The notes under the pieces were generated by a model, which had not been told where the DNA came from, did no database searches, and saw nothing but the letters and a program-made list of their open reading frames with translations. From Armatimonadota bacterium (GTDB lineage: Bacteria > Armatimonadota > HRBIN16), in assembly GCA_963677485.1 (NCBI GenBank), contig OY781964.1, positions 640,001-704,000 of the forward strand: DNA of 64,000 nt, in the 5' to 3' direction. Below, piece after piece: positions 45,304 to 56,034 of this stretch. A program made the translations under genes and the position numbers. Within the stretch, counting starts at the first letter, position 1. Each line of letters begins with the position of its first letter.

Positions 45304-47940
45304 ATGCTGACCACACATGAGCTTCGATCTAAATATATAGAATTCTTCGTAAGCAAGGCGCACCTGCACCACGCTTCCGATAGCCTGGTGCCAAATGACC
45401 CGTCGCTGCTGTTTACCAGCGCAGGCATGGTGCAGTTTAAGCCTTATTATATGGGCACGGCGATACCGCCTTCCCGCCGACTAACCACCGCGCAGAAATG
45501 CCTCCGGACCACAGACATCGATGAGGTGGGCGACAACTCGCACCTCACCTTCTTCGAGATGATGGGCAACTTCGCCTTCGGTGACTACTTCAAAAAAGAG
45601 GCCATTGAGTGGGCCTGGGAGTTCCTGACTGAGGTCTTGCAGATATCTGTCAGCCGCTTGCGTGTGACGGTGTTCACCACAGATGAGGAAGCATACGGCC
45701 ATTGGGTTCGAGTTGGTATGCCGGAAAACAAGATATTCCGGTTTGGTGAGAAGAGCAACTACTGGCCGGCTAACGCCATCAGCGATGGCCCCAGCGGTCC
45801 TTGTGGCCCTTGCACCGAGATCTTCTTCGACACCCAGCCAGAGCTTGCACCCACGCCAGACGGCGAATGGGACGATGCCCGCTGGATGGAGATATGGAAC
45901 CTGGTCTTCACACAGTTCAACCGTCAGGATGATGGCAGTATGGAGCCGCTTCCCCAATGCAACATCGACACCGGCATGGGGCTGGAGCGCACCGCCACAG
46001 TGCTGGCCGGAGCTTCCAGTGTGTTCGACACTGACGCCTTCCTGCCGATCATCGCACAGATCGAAAAGTATGGTCATATGACCTACACCCGTTCGCAAAG
46101 TGCCGTGGACATCGCAGTGCGGTTAGTGGCGGATCACGTCCGCAGCACCACGCTCTGCATCGCAGACGGAGTGCTGCCATCCAACGAAGGGCGCGGTTAT
46201 GTGCTCCGCAGGTTGATCCGACGGGCCATCTTGAAGGGCGTCAAACTGCTGGGCTTCACTGAACCGGTGATGGTCTCCCTAGCCCCCACCGTCATTGAAT
46301 GCCTGGGCGACATCTATCCGGAGCTAAACGAACGCCGCACGCACATCCTGGGCACTATGAAGGCCGAGGAGGACAGGTTCCGGCACACCATCGACAGCGG
46401 ATCAGACCGCCTGAACGACATTCTTTCGTCTGAAGATGTGGTAAACAGCAAGAAGCTGGATGGCGCCGTCGCCTTCAGTCTGTATGACACCTACGGTTTC
46501 CCGTATGAGCTGACCGAGGAGTTGGCTGCCGACAAAGGCATCAGCGTAGACCGCGAAAGCTACGATCAGGCCATGCAGCAGCAAAAACAGCGCGCCCGCG
46601 GGGCCAGTGCCATCGCTTCTGCCCTCTTTGGCAACCAGACCGACCTCAAGCACCTGCCCGCATTGGCACGCAGCACCGAGTTCGTGGGATATACCGATGA
46701 AGAGGCCGATGCAGAGATCATTATGCTGCTGTCCGGCACCGAGGCTGTGCAACAGGTCGGTGAAGGTGAGCGCGCTGCGGTGATACTTAATGTGACCCCG
46801 CTCTACGCGGAGTCGGGCGGTCAAGTAGGCGACATCGGCACCCTCTCCGTGGTGAACGGCGCCACTCTGCCGGTTCTGGACACGAAGAAGGTGGACGGCT
46901 GTCATCTGCACCTGGTGGATGTCACCTCAGGTGAACTGCACGTGGGCGACAAACTGCATGCGGTGGTCGATTCCCGCCGAAGGGCCGCCATCAAGCGCAA
47001 CCATACCAGCACGCACTTGCTTCAAGCGGCCCTTCGCCGCGTGGTGGGTGAGCATGTGCATCAGGCCGGTTCGCAGGTGGACGAAGAGCGGTTAAGATTT
47101 GACTTCACCCATACCAGTGCGCTTACCCCCGCAGAAATCGAGCAGGTGGAGCTTCTGGTGAACCAGTATATTCTGGACGGCACCAGCTTGAACATCGTTC
47201 AGGATGTGCCCATCGCCGAAGCGCGTGCCATGGGAGCCATGGCGCTGTTCGGCGAGAAATACGGCAACAGCGTTCGTGTGGTCCAGGTGCCTGGCGTCAG
47301 TATTGAGCTCTGCGGCGGCGTCCACCTGAACAACACCGCTCAGGCGGGTATGTTTAAAATCCTCAGTGAAGCATCGGTCGCTGCCGGTATCCGGCGCATC
47401 GAAGCGGTCACCGGCTGGGGTGTCTACAGCCTGATCACACAGCAGCAGCAGCAAGCGGCGGAAGTAGCCGAGGCTTTGAGGTGCCAGCCAAACAAGCTGG
47501 TGGAAGCCGCCTATAAGCTAAATGAAACACGCAAAGAGCTGGAAACTGCTGTGAAAGAGATGAAAGCGCAACTGGCTAGCCAGAATGTCGACAAGCAGAT
47601 CACTGAGTTCCATGGCCTTAAACTGATGGTCGCCACTCAGCAGAACGTAGAAGCAGACACTCTCAGCTCACTGGCTGATCAGGCACTTGCTGAAGGTATC
47701 GACATCGTGGTGCTGGCCTCCGACAACGGCGAGAAGGTGCTATTCGCCATCAAGCTTAGCGACGCCGCCATCAAGGTCAAGCTGCATGCCGGAAACATTG
47801 TGCGCAACCTGGCCAAAATGACCGGTGGAGGCGGAGGCGGGCGGGCCGACTTTGCCCAGGCAGGCGGGAAAGACGCCACCAAGCTGCCCGGTGCCCTGGC
47901 TACCGTACCTACGGCACTGGAAGCGATGTATCAAGCGTAA
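45304..47940 (+). CDS. alaS: Alanine--tRNA ligase
   Basis: LLFTSAGMVQFK, HLTFFEMMGNF, DTGMGLER, NHTSTH, ELCGGVH, GGGGGR..FAQAGG. Confidence 0.99.
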   Translation: MLTTHELRSKYIEFFVSKAHLHHASDSLVPNDPSLLFTSAGMVQFKPYYMGTAIPPSRRLTTAQKCLRTTDIDEVGDNSHLTFFEMMGNFAFGDYFKKEAIEWAWEFLTEVLQISVSRLRVTVFTTDEEAYGHWVRVGMPENKIFRFGEKSNYWPANAISDGPSGPCGPCTEIFFDTQPELAPTPDGEWDDARWMEIWNLVFTQFNRQDDGSMEPLPQCNIDTGMGLERTATVLAGASSVFDTDAFLPIIAQIEKYGHMTYTRSQSAVDIAVRLVADHVRSTTLCIADGVLPSNEGRGYVLRRLIRRAILKGVKLLGFTEPVMVSLAPTVIECLGDIYPELNERRTHILGTMKAEEDRFRHTIDSGSDRLNDILSSEDVVNSKKLDGAVAFSLYDTYGFPYELTEELAADKGISVDRESYDQAMQQQKQRARGASAIASALFGNQTDLKHLPALARSTEFVGYTDEEADAEIIMLLSGTEAVQQVGEGERAAVILNVTPLYAESGGQVGDIGTLSVVNGATLPVLDTKKVDGCHLHLVDVTSGELHVGDKLHAVVDSRRRAAIKRNHTSTHLLQAALRRVVGEHVHQAGSQVDEERLRFDFTHTSALTPAEIEQVELLVNQYILDGTSLNIVQDVPIAEARAMGAMALFGEKYGNSVRVVQVPGVSIELCGGVHLNNTAQAGMFKILSEASVAAGIRRIEAVTGWGVYSLITQQQQQAAEVAEALRCQPNKLVEAAYKLNETRKELETAVKEMKAQLASQNVDKQITEFHGLKLMVATQQNVEADTLSSLADQALAEGIDIVVLASDNGEKVLFAIKLSDAAIKVKLHAGNIVRNLAKMTGGGGGGRADFAQAGGKDATKLPGALATVPTALEAMYQA

Positions 47941-47992
47941 TATAAACAGAGCACATATGGTGTCTCTCTCACTTTAAGGAAGGTTACATACG

Positions 47993-48760
47993 ATGAAACA
48001 TCGATATCTCAATATCACGCTGCTTGGGTTGGCGATCACGCTGCTCAGCAGCAGCAGCTTCGCACAAGATGGTAAACAGCTCATGAAAAAGACTGTGAAC
48101 CTCTATGCAAAGGCGAAATCCATCAAGACGGTCATGATCACAAGATCAAGCATGAAGATGGGCGACAAGTCACGCAATGATGCCATGAAACTCGTCAGCG
48201 CATACCAGCAACCCGACAAGTTCCATTTTGAAATTGGTCCTGTCAGTGGTAAAGCCACAGCAATCATCGTAAGCAACGGAACGTTAATGACCGTGTATGA
48301 CGCCAAAAAGAACACATATTTCCAGATCAAGCCCAGTGGCCAAGCCGGACCGCAAGCACCTGTCGCTGGAAAACCAGAACAGACAGTTCAGTTCCTGGCG
48401 ATGCTGTTTCCAGCGACGCCAAAGGTGAAGTCCGTTGGCAGCAACTACGTGTTGACCAACACCAGCACTCAGTCCAACGATGACACCAAACAGAATTTGA
48501 ACAAGGCGCTGACCGTTGATAAGAGCTCAGGTCAGATCCGATCGATCAATGTTGATATGGTGATGAGTAGCAAGAGCCGCAGTATGGTGACACACCAGAA
48601 CTTCACGGTGGTATCGCAAAGCATTAACTCCTCCATCAACCCATCGGATTTCAGGTTCGTAGTACCAAGTGGAGCCAAGAAGATTGAAGCTCCAAAACCG
48701 CCAGCAGGTGGGCCCGGAGGGCCGGGGAAACCAGGACTTCCAGGCGGACCAGGACGCTAG
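47993..48760 (+). CDS. LolA-like secreted protein
   Basis: Signal peptide; Y..PDKF, VSNG....YD...NTY, F.F.VP.GAK. Confidence 0.7.
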   Translation: MKHRYLNITLLGLAITLLSSSSFAQDGKQLMKKTVNLYAKAKSIKTVMITRSSMKMGDKSRNDAMKLVSAYQQPDKFHFEIGPVSGKATAIIVSNGTLMTVYDAKKNTYFQIKPSGQAGPQAPVAGKPEQTVQFLAMLFPATPKVKSVGSNYVLTNTSTQSNDDTKQNLNKALTVDKSSGQIRSINVDMVMSSKSRSMVTHQNFTVVSQSINSSINPSDFRFVVPSGAKKIEAPKPPAGGPGGPGKPGLPGGPGR

Positions 48761-48774
48761 GGACGCCCTGATTT

Positions 48775-49503
48775 ATGCCGATTGAAGACATCCAAACAGC
48801 CATCGTGACAGGAGCAGGACGCGGCATCGGTCGCGCCTGCTCCGTGGCACTGGCAGCACATGGTGTGAAGAACCTGTTGCTGACAGCCCGCACACAGCAT
48901 GAGCTAGACGAAACAGCTTCCCTCTGCCAGCAATACCAATGTCGCACCATTTGTCTCAGCATGAACATCGCCGACGATGACACACCTGACAAGCTGGTAT
49001 CGACTGCGCTCAGCCAGTTCGGCCAGATCGATCTGCTGGTGAACAACGCAGGCGTAGCCCATTTCGTGCCTCTGGTAGAGACATCAGATGAACTATTCGA
49101 TGACCACTATTTGGTCAATCTGCGCGCACCCTTCAGGCTTAGCCGTGAAGTCATCAAACATATGATGCCTCGCAAGGCGGGTGCCATCATGAATATCGCC
49201 AGCTCTGCCTCCCTCAAACCATACAAGAACCAGGGATCATATGCCGCTAGTAAATACGCATTGTTGGGCATGACCCAAAGCTGGGCGATCGAGCTGCGGC
49301 CGTACCGCATCAAGATGAGCTGCATCTGCCCAGGTGGAGTGAACACCCGCCTTTCAGATGAAAGTCACGCTAACAGAGATAAGACAGGTTGGATTCAGCC
49401 AGAGGACATCGCGGATGGCCTGATCTACTGGCTGCAGCAGCCCGACAACATCACCACCGATGTCATCACCATCAGGCGATTCGATTCGGAGCCGTTATGT
49501 TAG
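48775..49503 (+). CDS. SDR-family oxidoreductase
   Basis: TGAGRGIG, NNAG, YAASK. Confidence 0.95.
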   Translation: MPIEDIQTAIVTGAGRGIGRACSVALAAHGVKNLLLTARTQHELDETASLCQQYQCRTICLSMNIADDDTPDKLVSTALSQFGQIDLLVNNAGVAHFVPLVETSDELFDDHYLVNLRAPFRLSREVIKHMMPRKAGAIMNIASSASLKPYKNQGSYAASKYALLGMTQSWAIELRPYRIKMSCICPGGVNTRLSDESHANRDKTGWIQPEDIADGLIYWLQQPDNITTDVITIRRFDSEPLC

Positions 49504-49525
49504 TGAGTTTTATGAAGGTGCGGCG

Positions 49526-50338
49526 ATGAGCCTCAACCACAACCAAGATCATCTTCCCGATGTCGCGGCTGGCAAAGACACGCGTGAGATACACATTCCA
49601 AGCGTCGGTGTGCGTAAACTGCGGATGCCCTGCCAGGTTATCTGCACAAACAGTGCTGTCATGCCCACAGTGGCGGAATTCGAGCTCACGGTTTCGCTGG
49701 AAGCTTCTGATCGGGGTACTCACATGAGCCGGCTTGTGAGCATTGTTGACGAAACCTGCCAGTCCCCTATTACTCTGGAAGCGTTAAAGCAGACGGTGAC
49801 ACAAGCTGCTGCTGCTCTGGACACTCATTCGGCACAGATCAAGATGTGTTTCCCATATTTCGTGCGTAAAGAGGCACCGGTGACCGGTAGCTCTGGGCTT
49901 CTCGATGTCGACATACAATGGAGCGTCCAATTATCCAGCGAAGACTATTCCCAGCAGTTGATGCTGCTGGTACCGGTGCAGTCGGTCTGTCCTTGTAGCA
50001 AAGAGGTGTCTGAATATGGTGCGCATAACCAAAGGTGCCTGATTCAAGTGACGCTAGATATCTCTTCGGATGCGCCTGCAGTCAATATAGATGAGATCAT
50101 CACCGGAATCGAGGCAAGCGCCAGCATGCCCCTCTTTTCCGCGTTAAAGCGGGAAGACGAACGCTATGTCACCGAGTCGGCGTACGAAAACCCGAAATTC
50201 GTGGAAGACATCCTGCGTGATCTGGTGCTGTTCCTTCGGACACTGACCGGTATCACTGGCTTCCATATCGATGTTGAATCAATAGAATCCATACACAACC
50301 ACAACGTCTGCGCGAGCATTGAGGAGAGTCTGGCTTGA
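49526..50338 (+). CDS. folE2: GTP cyclohydrolase I type B (FolE2)
   Basis: RGTHMSR, CPCSK..S.YGAHNQR, LKREDE, NPKFVED, ESIHNH. Confidence 0.95.
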   Translation: MSLNHNQDHLPDVAAGKDTREIHIPSVGVRKLRMPCQVICTNSAVMPTVAEFELTVSLEASDRGTHMSRLVSIVDETCQSPITLEALKQTVTQAAAALDTHSAQIKMCFPYFVRKEAPVTGSSGLLDVDIQWSVQLSSEDYSQQLMLLVPVQSVCPCSKEVSEYGAHNQRCLIQVTLDISSDAPAVNIDEIITGIEASASMPLFSALKREDERYVTESAYENPKFVEDILRDLVLFLRTLTGITGFHIDVESIESIHNHNVCASIEESLA

Positions 50339-51312
50339 AAAGATGCATTGCCATCGTCACCTGCTTTTTGGTGCACAGCCTGCTGATGGCCTCACCCCAA
50401 CCCAGCGTGCGCAATTCCCAAGCCAGTGATCCCACTTACCGTTGGAATTTCAGCTATGTCGTGCGGATGCGTGATACAGAGACAGGCCAGTTTGACAACA
50501 CCATTCAAGTGCATACCCAATCCACCGCCTCTGTCGAGTTGGCACAGCAGACCCTCACCGCAGCTTCGGGTATGGTTCAACTGCTGAAAGACCACCTCGG
50601 ACGCATGTTCCGCATATCGGAGTCGGGCAGCCTGCATATCTGGCTATGCGAAAATGGTGAAAGCGGCGGGCAGCTCAGCAAGGATAACCTCTACATTTTC
50701 AGCATAGGGAAAGAACGGACTGCTGCTCAAAGGTGCCGTGAGCTGTCTCATGAGTTGGGGCATTCGGCATTACCTGGCATCAGCGGATACACCGAACCTG
50801 AGCCCTGGGCCAACGGATACCTCGGTGAACAGATGCTGCTCAGGTGGTTGGACCAGACCATGAAGGACGGCACCGCGAAACCAGAGCAGTATTTTGGTGC
50901 CGCCCCCAAAGAGATCACCGAGATGGTGACCAGCCGGTACGAAAATCTGTTGGCCGCCTGGCGTAACGGGCAGTTCACTGAAACGGATTTGAACCGCCGT
51001 GACTCCGTGGGCATGAAGGCACTGATTGGATTCGTGGCGTATATTCAGACCACTTACGGCGACGACATACTTTCGGAAAGCTTCCGACGGCTCATGGCAC
51101 CCACTTCGCTTGAACTTCTGTCGGCTTTCAAGCGAAGCGTCAACGACTCGCTTCCAAGCAAGTTGATGATATCGCAACCCACTAGAATCTATTTACCAGT
51201 GTGCCGAGTCAGAATGGGTATAACACCTGAACAGATACTCAAGAAACCGGAATGGCGAAAAGTGAATGCTGCTCCTTCTGCGCCGGTCGAAGTCAGCCTG
51301 CGGCAAAAATGA
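50335..51312 (+). CDS. Secreted hypothetical protein with HExxH motif
   Basis: Signal peptide; RELSHELGH. Confidence 0.65.
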   Translation: MKRCIAIVTCFLVHSLLMASPQPSVRNSQASDPTYRWNFSYVVRMRDTETGQFDNTIQVHTQSTASVELAQQTLTAASGMVQLLKDHLGRMFRISESGSLHIWLCENGESGGQLSKDNLYIFSIGKERTAAQRCRELSHELGHSALPGISGYTEPEPWANGYLGEQMLLRWLDQTMKDGTAKPEQYFGAAPKEITEMVTSRYENLLAAWRNGQFTETDLNRRDSVGMKALIGFVAYIQTTYGDDILSESFRRLMAPTSLELLSAFKRSVNDSLPSKLMISQPTRIYLPVCRVRMGITPEQILKKPEWRKVNAAPSAPVEVSLRQK

Positions 51313-51363
51313 TGCCGTTCGGTACTCACCATCGGCTGAAATGACGCAAACAAGCATACTGGT

Positions 51364-51711
51364 GTGGTACCATCACCTCAGGTGCATACAGAAATACACA
51401 CTACGAACAGGATAAATATGGGCTCAGTAGAGGAACTAATCAAACAGAATCGTCATGACGAACCAAGTTCTGAGCAACTTCGGCTTGATGTGGTGGCACT
51501 TCGGCAGCGAATCAGGGGTCTAATACAGGATAACAGCCAGAATGATGACCGGATGCTTAAGCAGTTGCGCGAAAACCTGCGATTGCTGGAGCAAGAAATG
51601 CTGATTGCAGAGTACATTGAAGACTGCATACGCGTGACATTCAATGAAAACAATATACAAGCTGCGTTGAATGGTGATGATTCATCAGACTACGACAGCC
51701 AGGGGGAATAG
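51364..51711 (+). CDS. Small helical hypothetical protein (start probably 51418)
   Basis: Coupled to ASCH gene. Confidence 0.6.
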   Translation: MVPSPQVHTEIHTTNRINMGSVEELIKQNRHDEPSSEQLRLDVVALRQRIRGLIQDNSQNDDRMLKQLRENLRLLEQEMLIAEYIEDCIRVTFNENNIQAALNGDDSSDYDSQGE

Positions 51712-52062
51712 ATGTTTGCCATTAACTTCTATCCGGAACTATATGAATCTGTTCTAAAAGAGGGTCGTAAGACTGTCACTATCCGCTTGGGTGATAAGGC
51801 CTGCAAGTATCAATCTGGCCAGATAGTATGGCTTACCGTGGGACACAGGTTCTCACGACGCACCAAACTGTTCTCGGCTGTGCTGGATAGGGTTGAAGTC
51901 AAGCCGATCTCAGACCTTAGTCCGCGCGATATATCGCGGGAAAACAGCCAATTCCGGACTCCTGAGGATGTTCGGGATCTTCTAGAACGAATACACGATC
52001 GCCCGATCGCTCTTCAAGAGCTGGTCACAGTGATCTACTTCTCCGCAATTGATGGCGCATAA
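51712..52062 (+). CDS. ASCH-domain protein
   Basis: GRKTVTIR.G, V.VK...L...D...E, VTVIYF. Confidence 0.85.
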   Translation: MFAINFYPELYESVLKEGRKTVTIRLGDKACKYQSGQIVWLTVGHRFSRRTKLFSAVLDRVEVKPISDLSPRDISRENSQFRTPEDVRDLLERIHDRPIALQELVTVIYFSAIDGA

Positions 52063-52097
52063 CAGCATGCAACCAAATCCAGGAGTGCATACATAAA

Positions 52098-53666
52098 ATG
52101 ATGATATTTTTAGCAGCGATGGTCGCTTTCGCAGCACCGGTCAATATTGAACCCGTGCCTGACAGCAGCGTAAGTGATACCGTGGAAGTCCGAGTGACCA
52201 CTGAAACACCGATGAACTCCGTAGAGTTCCTCATCGACGGCAAATCTGTCGGTTTCGACAGCTCTACACCCTATGTATATAAATGGGATACTGTAGCCGG
52301 TGATGAAGGTGCTCATACAGTCACGCTGGTGATGACCGACGAAAAATACCAGGTTGAACGTAAAGAGGTCAACTATGTCGTTGACAATGGGCTTGGGCAA
52401 GGGCTGGACTACTGGATCAAAGAAGCAAAAAGCCAGATGTCGACCACCAACCGTAAGCAGCTAAACGCGGCTGCGAAGCGTGCCTACAAGATCGATCCTA
52501 AGTCAGCAGTAGCCAATGCGTTGATGGGGATCGCGACTTTACGCATGGGCGACGTACCTAAAGCCAAACCTTACATTGCGATGGCTGTGGCACAGCCTAT
52601 GAGCAAAAAACTTCTCTCCGTATTGAACACATATTGGGTGGATTACGCCTTTACTGATGGTATTGATGAAGTGGAACAATACTCCACCCTAAAGACGGCC
52701 ATCACCACCAATAAGGCATTCCTCGAATCTGTGCTGGTTCAAGTGGAAAAAGGCAACAACGCGCTTGATGTCGCCACTGCCAATCTGGCACTCAATCGGT
52801 TTGAAAAAGCCGCCACCGAATACATTCGAGCTGGTAAAAAAGAGAATACTGGCGACCGCAATATGGATGCCGCTTTGTGCTGGCTGCGTGCTGGCCGATG
52901 GCACGACGCCCAGTTACTGGTCAATATGACGAAGAGCATTGACCCCACTAACCCTCGCCTCGTTCTTGTGGAAAGTGCCATCAAGAGCTGCATGGGGAAT
53001 GGTGCCGATGATATCGCATCATTGAATAGCATGACAAATCTGGCAGTGCCCATCGCCAACCTGAAGCGCTACGTGCAGATTGACATCAGCCTGCGCCTCA
53101 GCCGAAACCCCGCCGAGTGCCTGTCACTGCTTGAAGGAGCGGCAAAGGGAGGCGACACCAGTGCCATTCTGCACTACTACACAATGGTCGCCAAAACCGA
53201 GCAGCGGGAGTATCCAGACGCCGAAGAGGCCATCCAAAAAGCACTCCATTCGGACATCATGTTCTTTGATGTTTATGCCCAAAGAGGATTTACCGAGATG
53301 GCGCTCGGTAACAATGAGATCGCCGCTAAGTGGTTTGAGCTGGCGGATTTTGCCCGCCAGGATGACCCGTGGGTGCTGGCAGCAAAAGCCTACCTCTCGC
53401 GTGATAACAAGCAAGCCCTCGATTACGCCAAGCGTGCGGTAGACGGTCTTCCCAGCATTCCCTGGCCGCTGATCGTGCAGGCTTTCGTGACCAACCGAGC
53501 TGGTGCTAATGATCCAAAACTGCAGGATGCAGCCAGTGAGATGATGTCGAAAGCGCGGGCTCTTGACGGCCGCAACTTTGATATGGTGCTTGTGCGCACC
53601 CAGGTGGAAACCAGCCTGATCATGCGCCGCTACGGCCGAAAGCAGCCGCTGCCTACGCAGTATTAG
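52098..53666 (+). CDS. Secreted Ig-like + TPR protein
   Basis: VEFLIDG..DSSTPY.Y.WDT..G.H; TPR-like helical repeats. Confidence 0.75.
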   Translation: MMIFLAAMVAFAAPVNIEPVPDSSVSDTVEVRVTTETPMNSVEFLIDGKSVGFDSSTPYVYKWDTVAGDEGAHTVTLVMTDEKYQVERKEVNYVVDNGLGQGLDYWIKEAKSQMSTTNRKQLNAAAKRAYKIDPKSAVANALMGIATLRMGDVPKAKPYIAMAVAQPMSKKLLSVLNTYWVDYAFTDGIDEVEQYSTLKTAITTNKAFLESVLVQVEKGNNALDVATANLALNRFEKAATEYIRAGKKENTGDRNMDAALCWLRAGRWHDAQLLVNMTKSIDPTNPRLVLVESAIKSCMGNGADDIASLNSMTNLAVPIANLKRYVQIDISLRLSRNPAECLSLLEGAAKGGDTSAILHYYTMVAKTEQREYPDAEEAIQKALHSDIMFFDVYAQRGFTEMALGNNEIAAKWFELADFARQDDPWVLAAKAYLSRDNKQALDYAKRAVDGLPSIPWPLIVQAFVTNRAGANDPKLQDAASEMMSKARALDGRNFDMVLVRTQVETSLIMRRYGRKQPLPTQY

Positions 53667-53687
53667 CACCACCCGAAGGTTAGTATC

Positions 53688-53728
53688 AGCCCAGGCAGAC
53701 CACACGGTCTGCCTGGGCTATTTTTTTG
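53688..53728 (+). terminator. Intrinsic terminator
   Basis: agcccaggcagacc-acac-ggtctgcctgggct-attttttt. Confidence 0.9.
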
Positions 53729-53751
53729 CATCACTACGAGCCAAGCGTTGC

Positions 53752-53911
53752 CTATGTCCGGGGCGGTCTGGGTGTAGGTTAGCGGATGCAGAAGGCTCAA
53801 GACCGCGCCGGTCTGGCGGATAGCCATGAAAAATATGTGTCAGGAACAAGACCGGCGCGGTCTATAGACAGTGGTCTCCACAAGCGTACTGACAGACCGC
53901 CCCGGACATAG
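53752..53911. repeat. Nested inverted-repeat (REP/REPIN-like) element
   Basis: 19-bp perfect outer arms 53752-70 and 53893-911; 15-bp perfect inner arms 53800-14 and 53849-63. Confidence 0.8.
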
Positions 53912-53943
53912 CCAACCAAGCTACTACTAACAAACACCTTACT

Positions 53944-54450
53944 TTACAGCTTGTGTTGGGTGAACATATGGGTTACGGCTTGTATCAGCCGGGGGATACG
54001 GCAACCGAAATAAGACCTTACCATGTGCCAGACCAGGCATATCCTACAGCCGCGCAGCCGAACATCCTTCAGATTCGCTCCAGACAGTATCACTCCGTCT
54101 AGTTTCGCATCACATAGATCCGCACCACTCAGATTGGCCCCCCTCAGGTCGGCCCTCCGCAAGTCAGCACGTTTCAAATCCGCGCAGGTGAGGTTCGCAT
54201 GACGTAGATCAGCTCCGGTAAGTACCGCGTCGAACATGATCGCCTTTTGCAGGTTCGCCTCTTTCATTTTCGCACCGGCCAGAGAAGCATGACACAGATA
54301 CGCACCCGCCATGTCGACTCCATTCAGATCAGCATCACCTAGGGAGGCGGCACGTAAAACATCCTTGTTAGCCTTTACCGCCGATTTCAGGTCGGTATAG
54401 TCACCGTAAACAATGACATCGGACGCTGTATTACGTACTTTAATTACCAC
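53944..54450 (-). CDS. Pentapeptide-repeat protein
   Basis: A(D/N)Lxx repeats; RBS gagg. Confidence 0.9.
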   Translation of the reverse strand: MVIKVRNTASDVIVYGDYTDLKSAVKANKDVLRAASLGDADLNGVDMAGAYLCHASLAGAKMKEANLQKAIMFDAVLTGADLRHANLTCADLKRADLRRADLRGANLSGADLCDAKLDGVILSGANLKDVRLRGCRICLVWHMVRSYFGCRIPRLIQAVTHMFTQHKL

Positions 54451-55296
54451 GACTGGTTACCTCGTTTGCGACAGTTAAGGCGTTGCTGTGACGAAAATAA
54501 TAGATAGGGATCATCTTTAACACTAGGATCGGTCGGAAAGGATGATGTTGTTAGTCGTGAGGTGTTGGTGTGGCTGGCGGAATTTCTGCAGCTAAGGTTG
54601 ATGAGTTCCCGTTTCAACGGGATCATACCAATTGCCCGATGTGAAGCGGCGATCGGCATTCCGTGGGCTTCTATCATTATTGAATTTCCGCGCAAATCTG
54701 ACGCAGATACATCATGCGCTTTATGGCCTATTGCCAGCTTCATGTTCATCTCCCCGGATGTTGGAATGCTAATATCACATGCCGACAGGGGCTATAAAAT
54801 ATGATGCACCAGCAAGGGCACCGTCCACCAGATGGGAACAACATGACCCATCATGCTAACATCATACATAAAAATCGTCGAATATACCAGTGCTCGAAAA
54901 AGGGAGAGATCATGTGGGGAAGGGATTCAAGCGAAAGCACCGCTCTTGAGTTCAAAGCGGTCATCTCAAGCCACCTGGCAGTTTGTTTTCAATGACGTGT
55001 TGAACTACAACAAGAGATATAATATGTTGATTAGGTATCACACTGCCAAACAACGCAACCAAGGCGTTTGGTGATCGCTTCCGTATATTGTCACAGATGC
55101 GGCCATATCTGCGGTTTTTCGATATCTGGAGGCAGCTAAATCCAAACTGCTTAAATCGGTCGGAATATGACTCAATCCTGTCGACCGACCAGCTTACCAG
55201 GCGAAATGGCCAGTATATGACGCGGGGAACAGAGCCATGCCCCAGTGGTCCGAAACCGACAAATGACCCGCAACAATACAACAAAGGAGAATACCC

Positions 55297-56025
55297 ATGA
55301 CACACACAGATTCCGCGCAGCGGATTACCGAAGCTATGAGCCTTTCTGAGGCTCCCATTGCACTCTATTACGCCAACGAACCATTACCGAATAGCTACAT
55401 GTGGAATGGTCAAAAGGGCCATTTCTGCACCATCAGCCGTATGGCGATGGTCAGACAGGGCACACCTTTATTTGTAAATGGTGAGAACCCCGGTTGTCAG
55501 GGAGGGGCGTACTTCTTGGGGTTTAGTCCTGAGGTCAGGCCTGGTTTCGAGTGTTTCTTGTCCCATGCACCTGATGGCAGCGGGGAGCGGTACAAAAAAA
55601 CACCTGAACTGGCGAAGGCCTTCATCAACAACCGCAAGTTCGTAAAAGCAACTGCTCGATATGCGGTATTCCAACGACTGTCCGATGTGCCAGATGAGGT
55701 TGTACCGGAGGTCGTCATTTTCTTCGCTCCGCCTGATGAGCTGAGCGGGCTGTTCTGGCTAGCGAATTATGGCAGTGAAGAGCAGAATGCGGTGATTTCG
55801 CCGTTCTCAGCCGGCTGCGGCAGCATTGTCAGCGAACCCAGGGCACAAGCGTTGTCTGAGCATCCTAAAGGCGTGCTAGGCATGTTCGACCCATCGGCAC
55901 GACCGCACGTCGATAAATCGCTATTGACGATTTCGGTGCCGTATGGCTTGTTCGCAGAGATGGTAGACAATATCCCTGGGAGTTTTGTGGAGATCGCTCC
56001 CTGGACACGTCTTAAAGGCCGCTAG
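55297..56025 (+). CDS. DUF169-like protein
   Basis: C.GG..FLGF, GERYKKTPE, PEVVIFF..PD.LSGL, AGCGS, DPSAR. Confidence 0.75.
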   Translation: MTHTDSAQRITEAMSLSEAPIALYYANEPLPNSYMWNGQKGHFCTISRMAMVRQGTPLFVNGENPGCQGGAYFLGFSPEVRPGFECFLSHAPDGSGERYKKTPELAKAFINNRKFVKATARYAVFQRLSDVPDEVVPEVVIFFAPPDELSGLFWLANYGSEEQNAVISPFSAGCGSIVSEPRAQALSEHPKGVLGMFDPSARPHVDKSLLTISVPYGLFAEMVDNIPGSFVEIAPWTRLKGR

Positions 56026-56034
56026 CGTTTCCAA

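Noticed and set aside
54451-55296. Riboswitch or small genes in the long spacer between the pentapeptide and DUF169 genes
   Set aside because: I recognised no riboswitch consensus, and the short ORFs lack RBSs and motifs.
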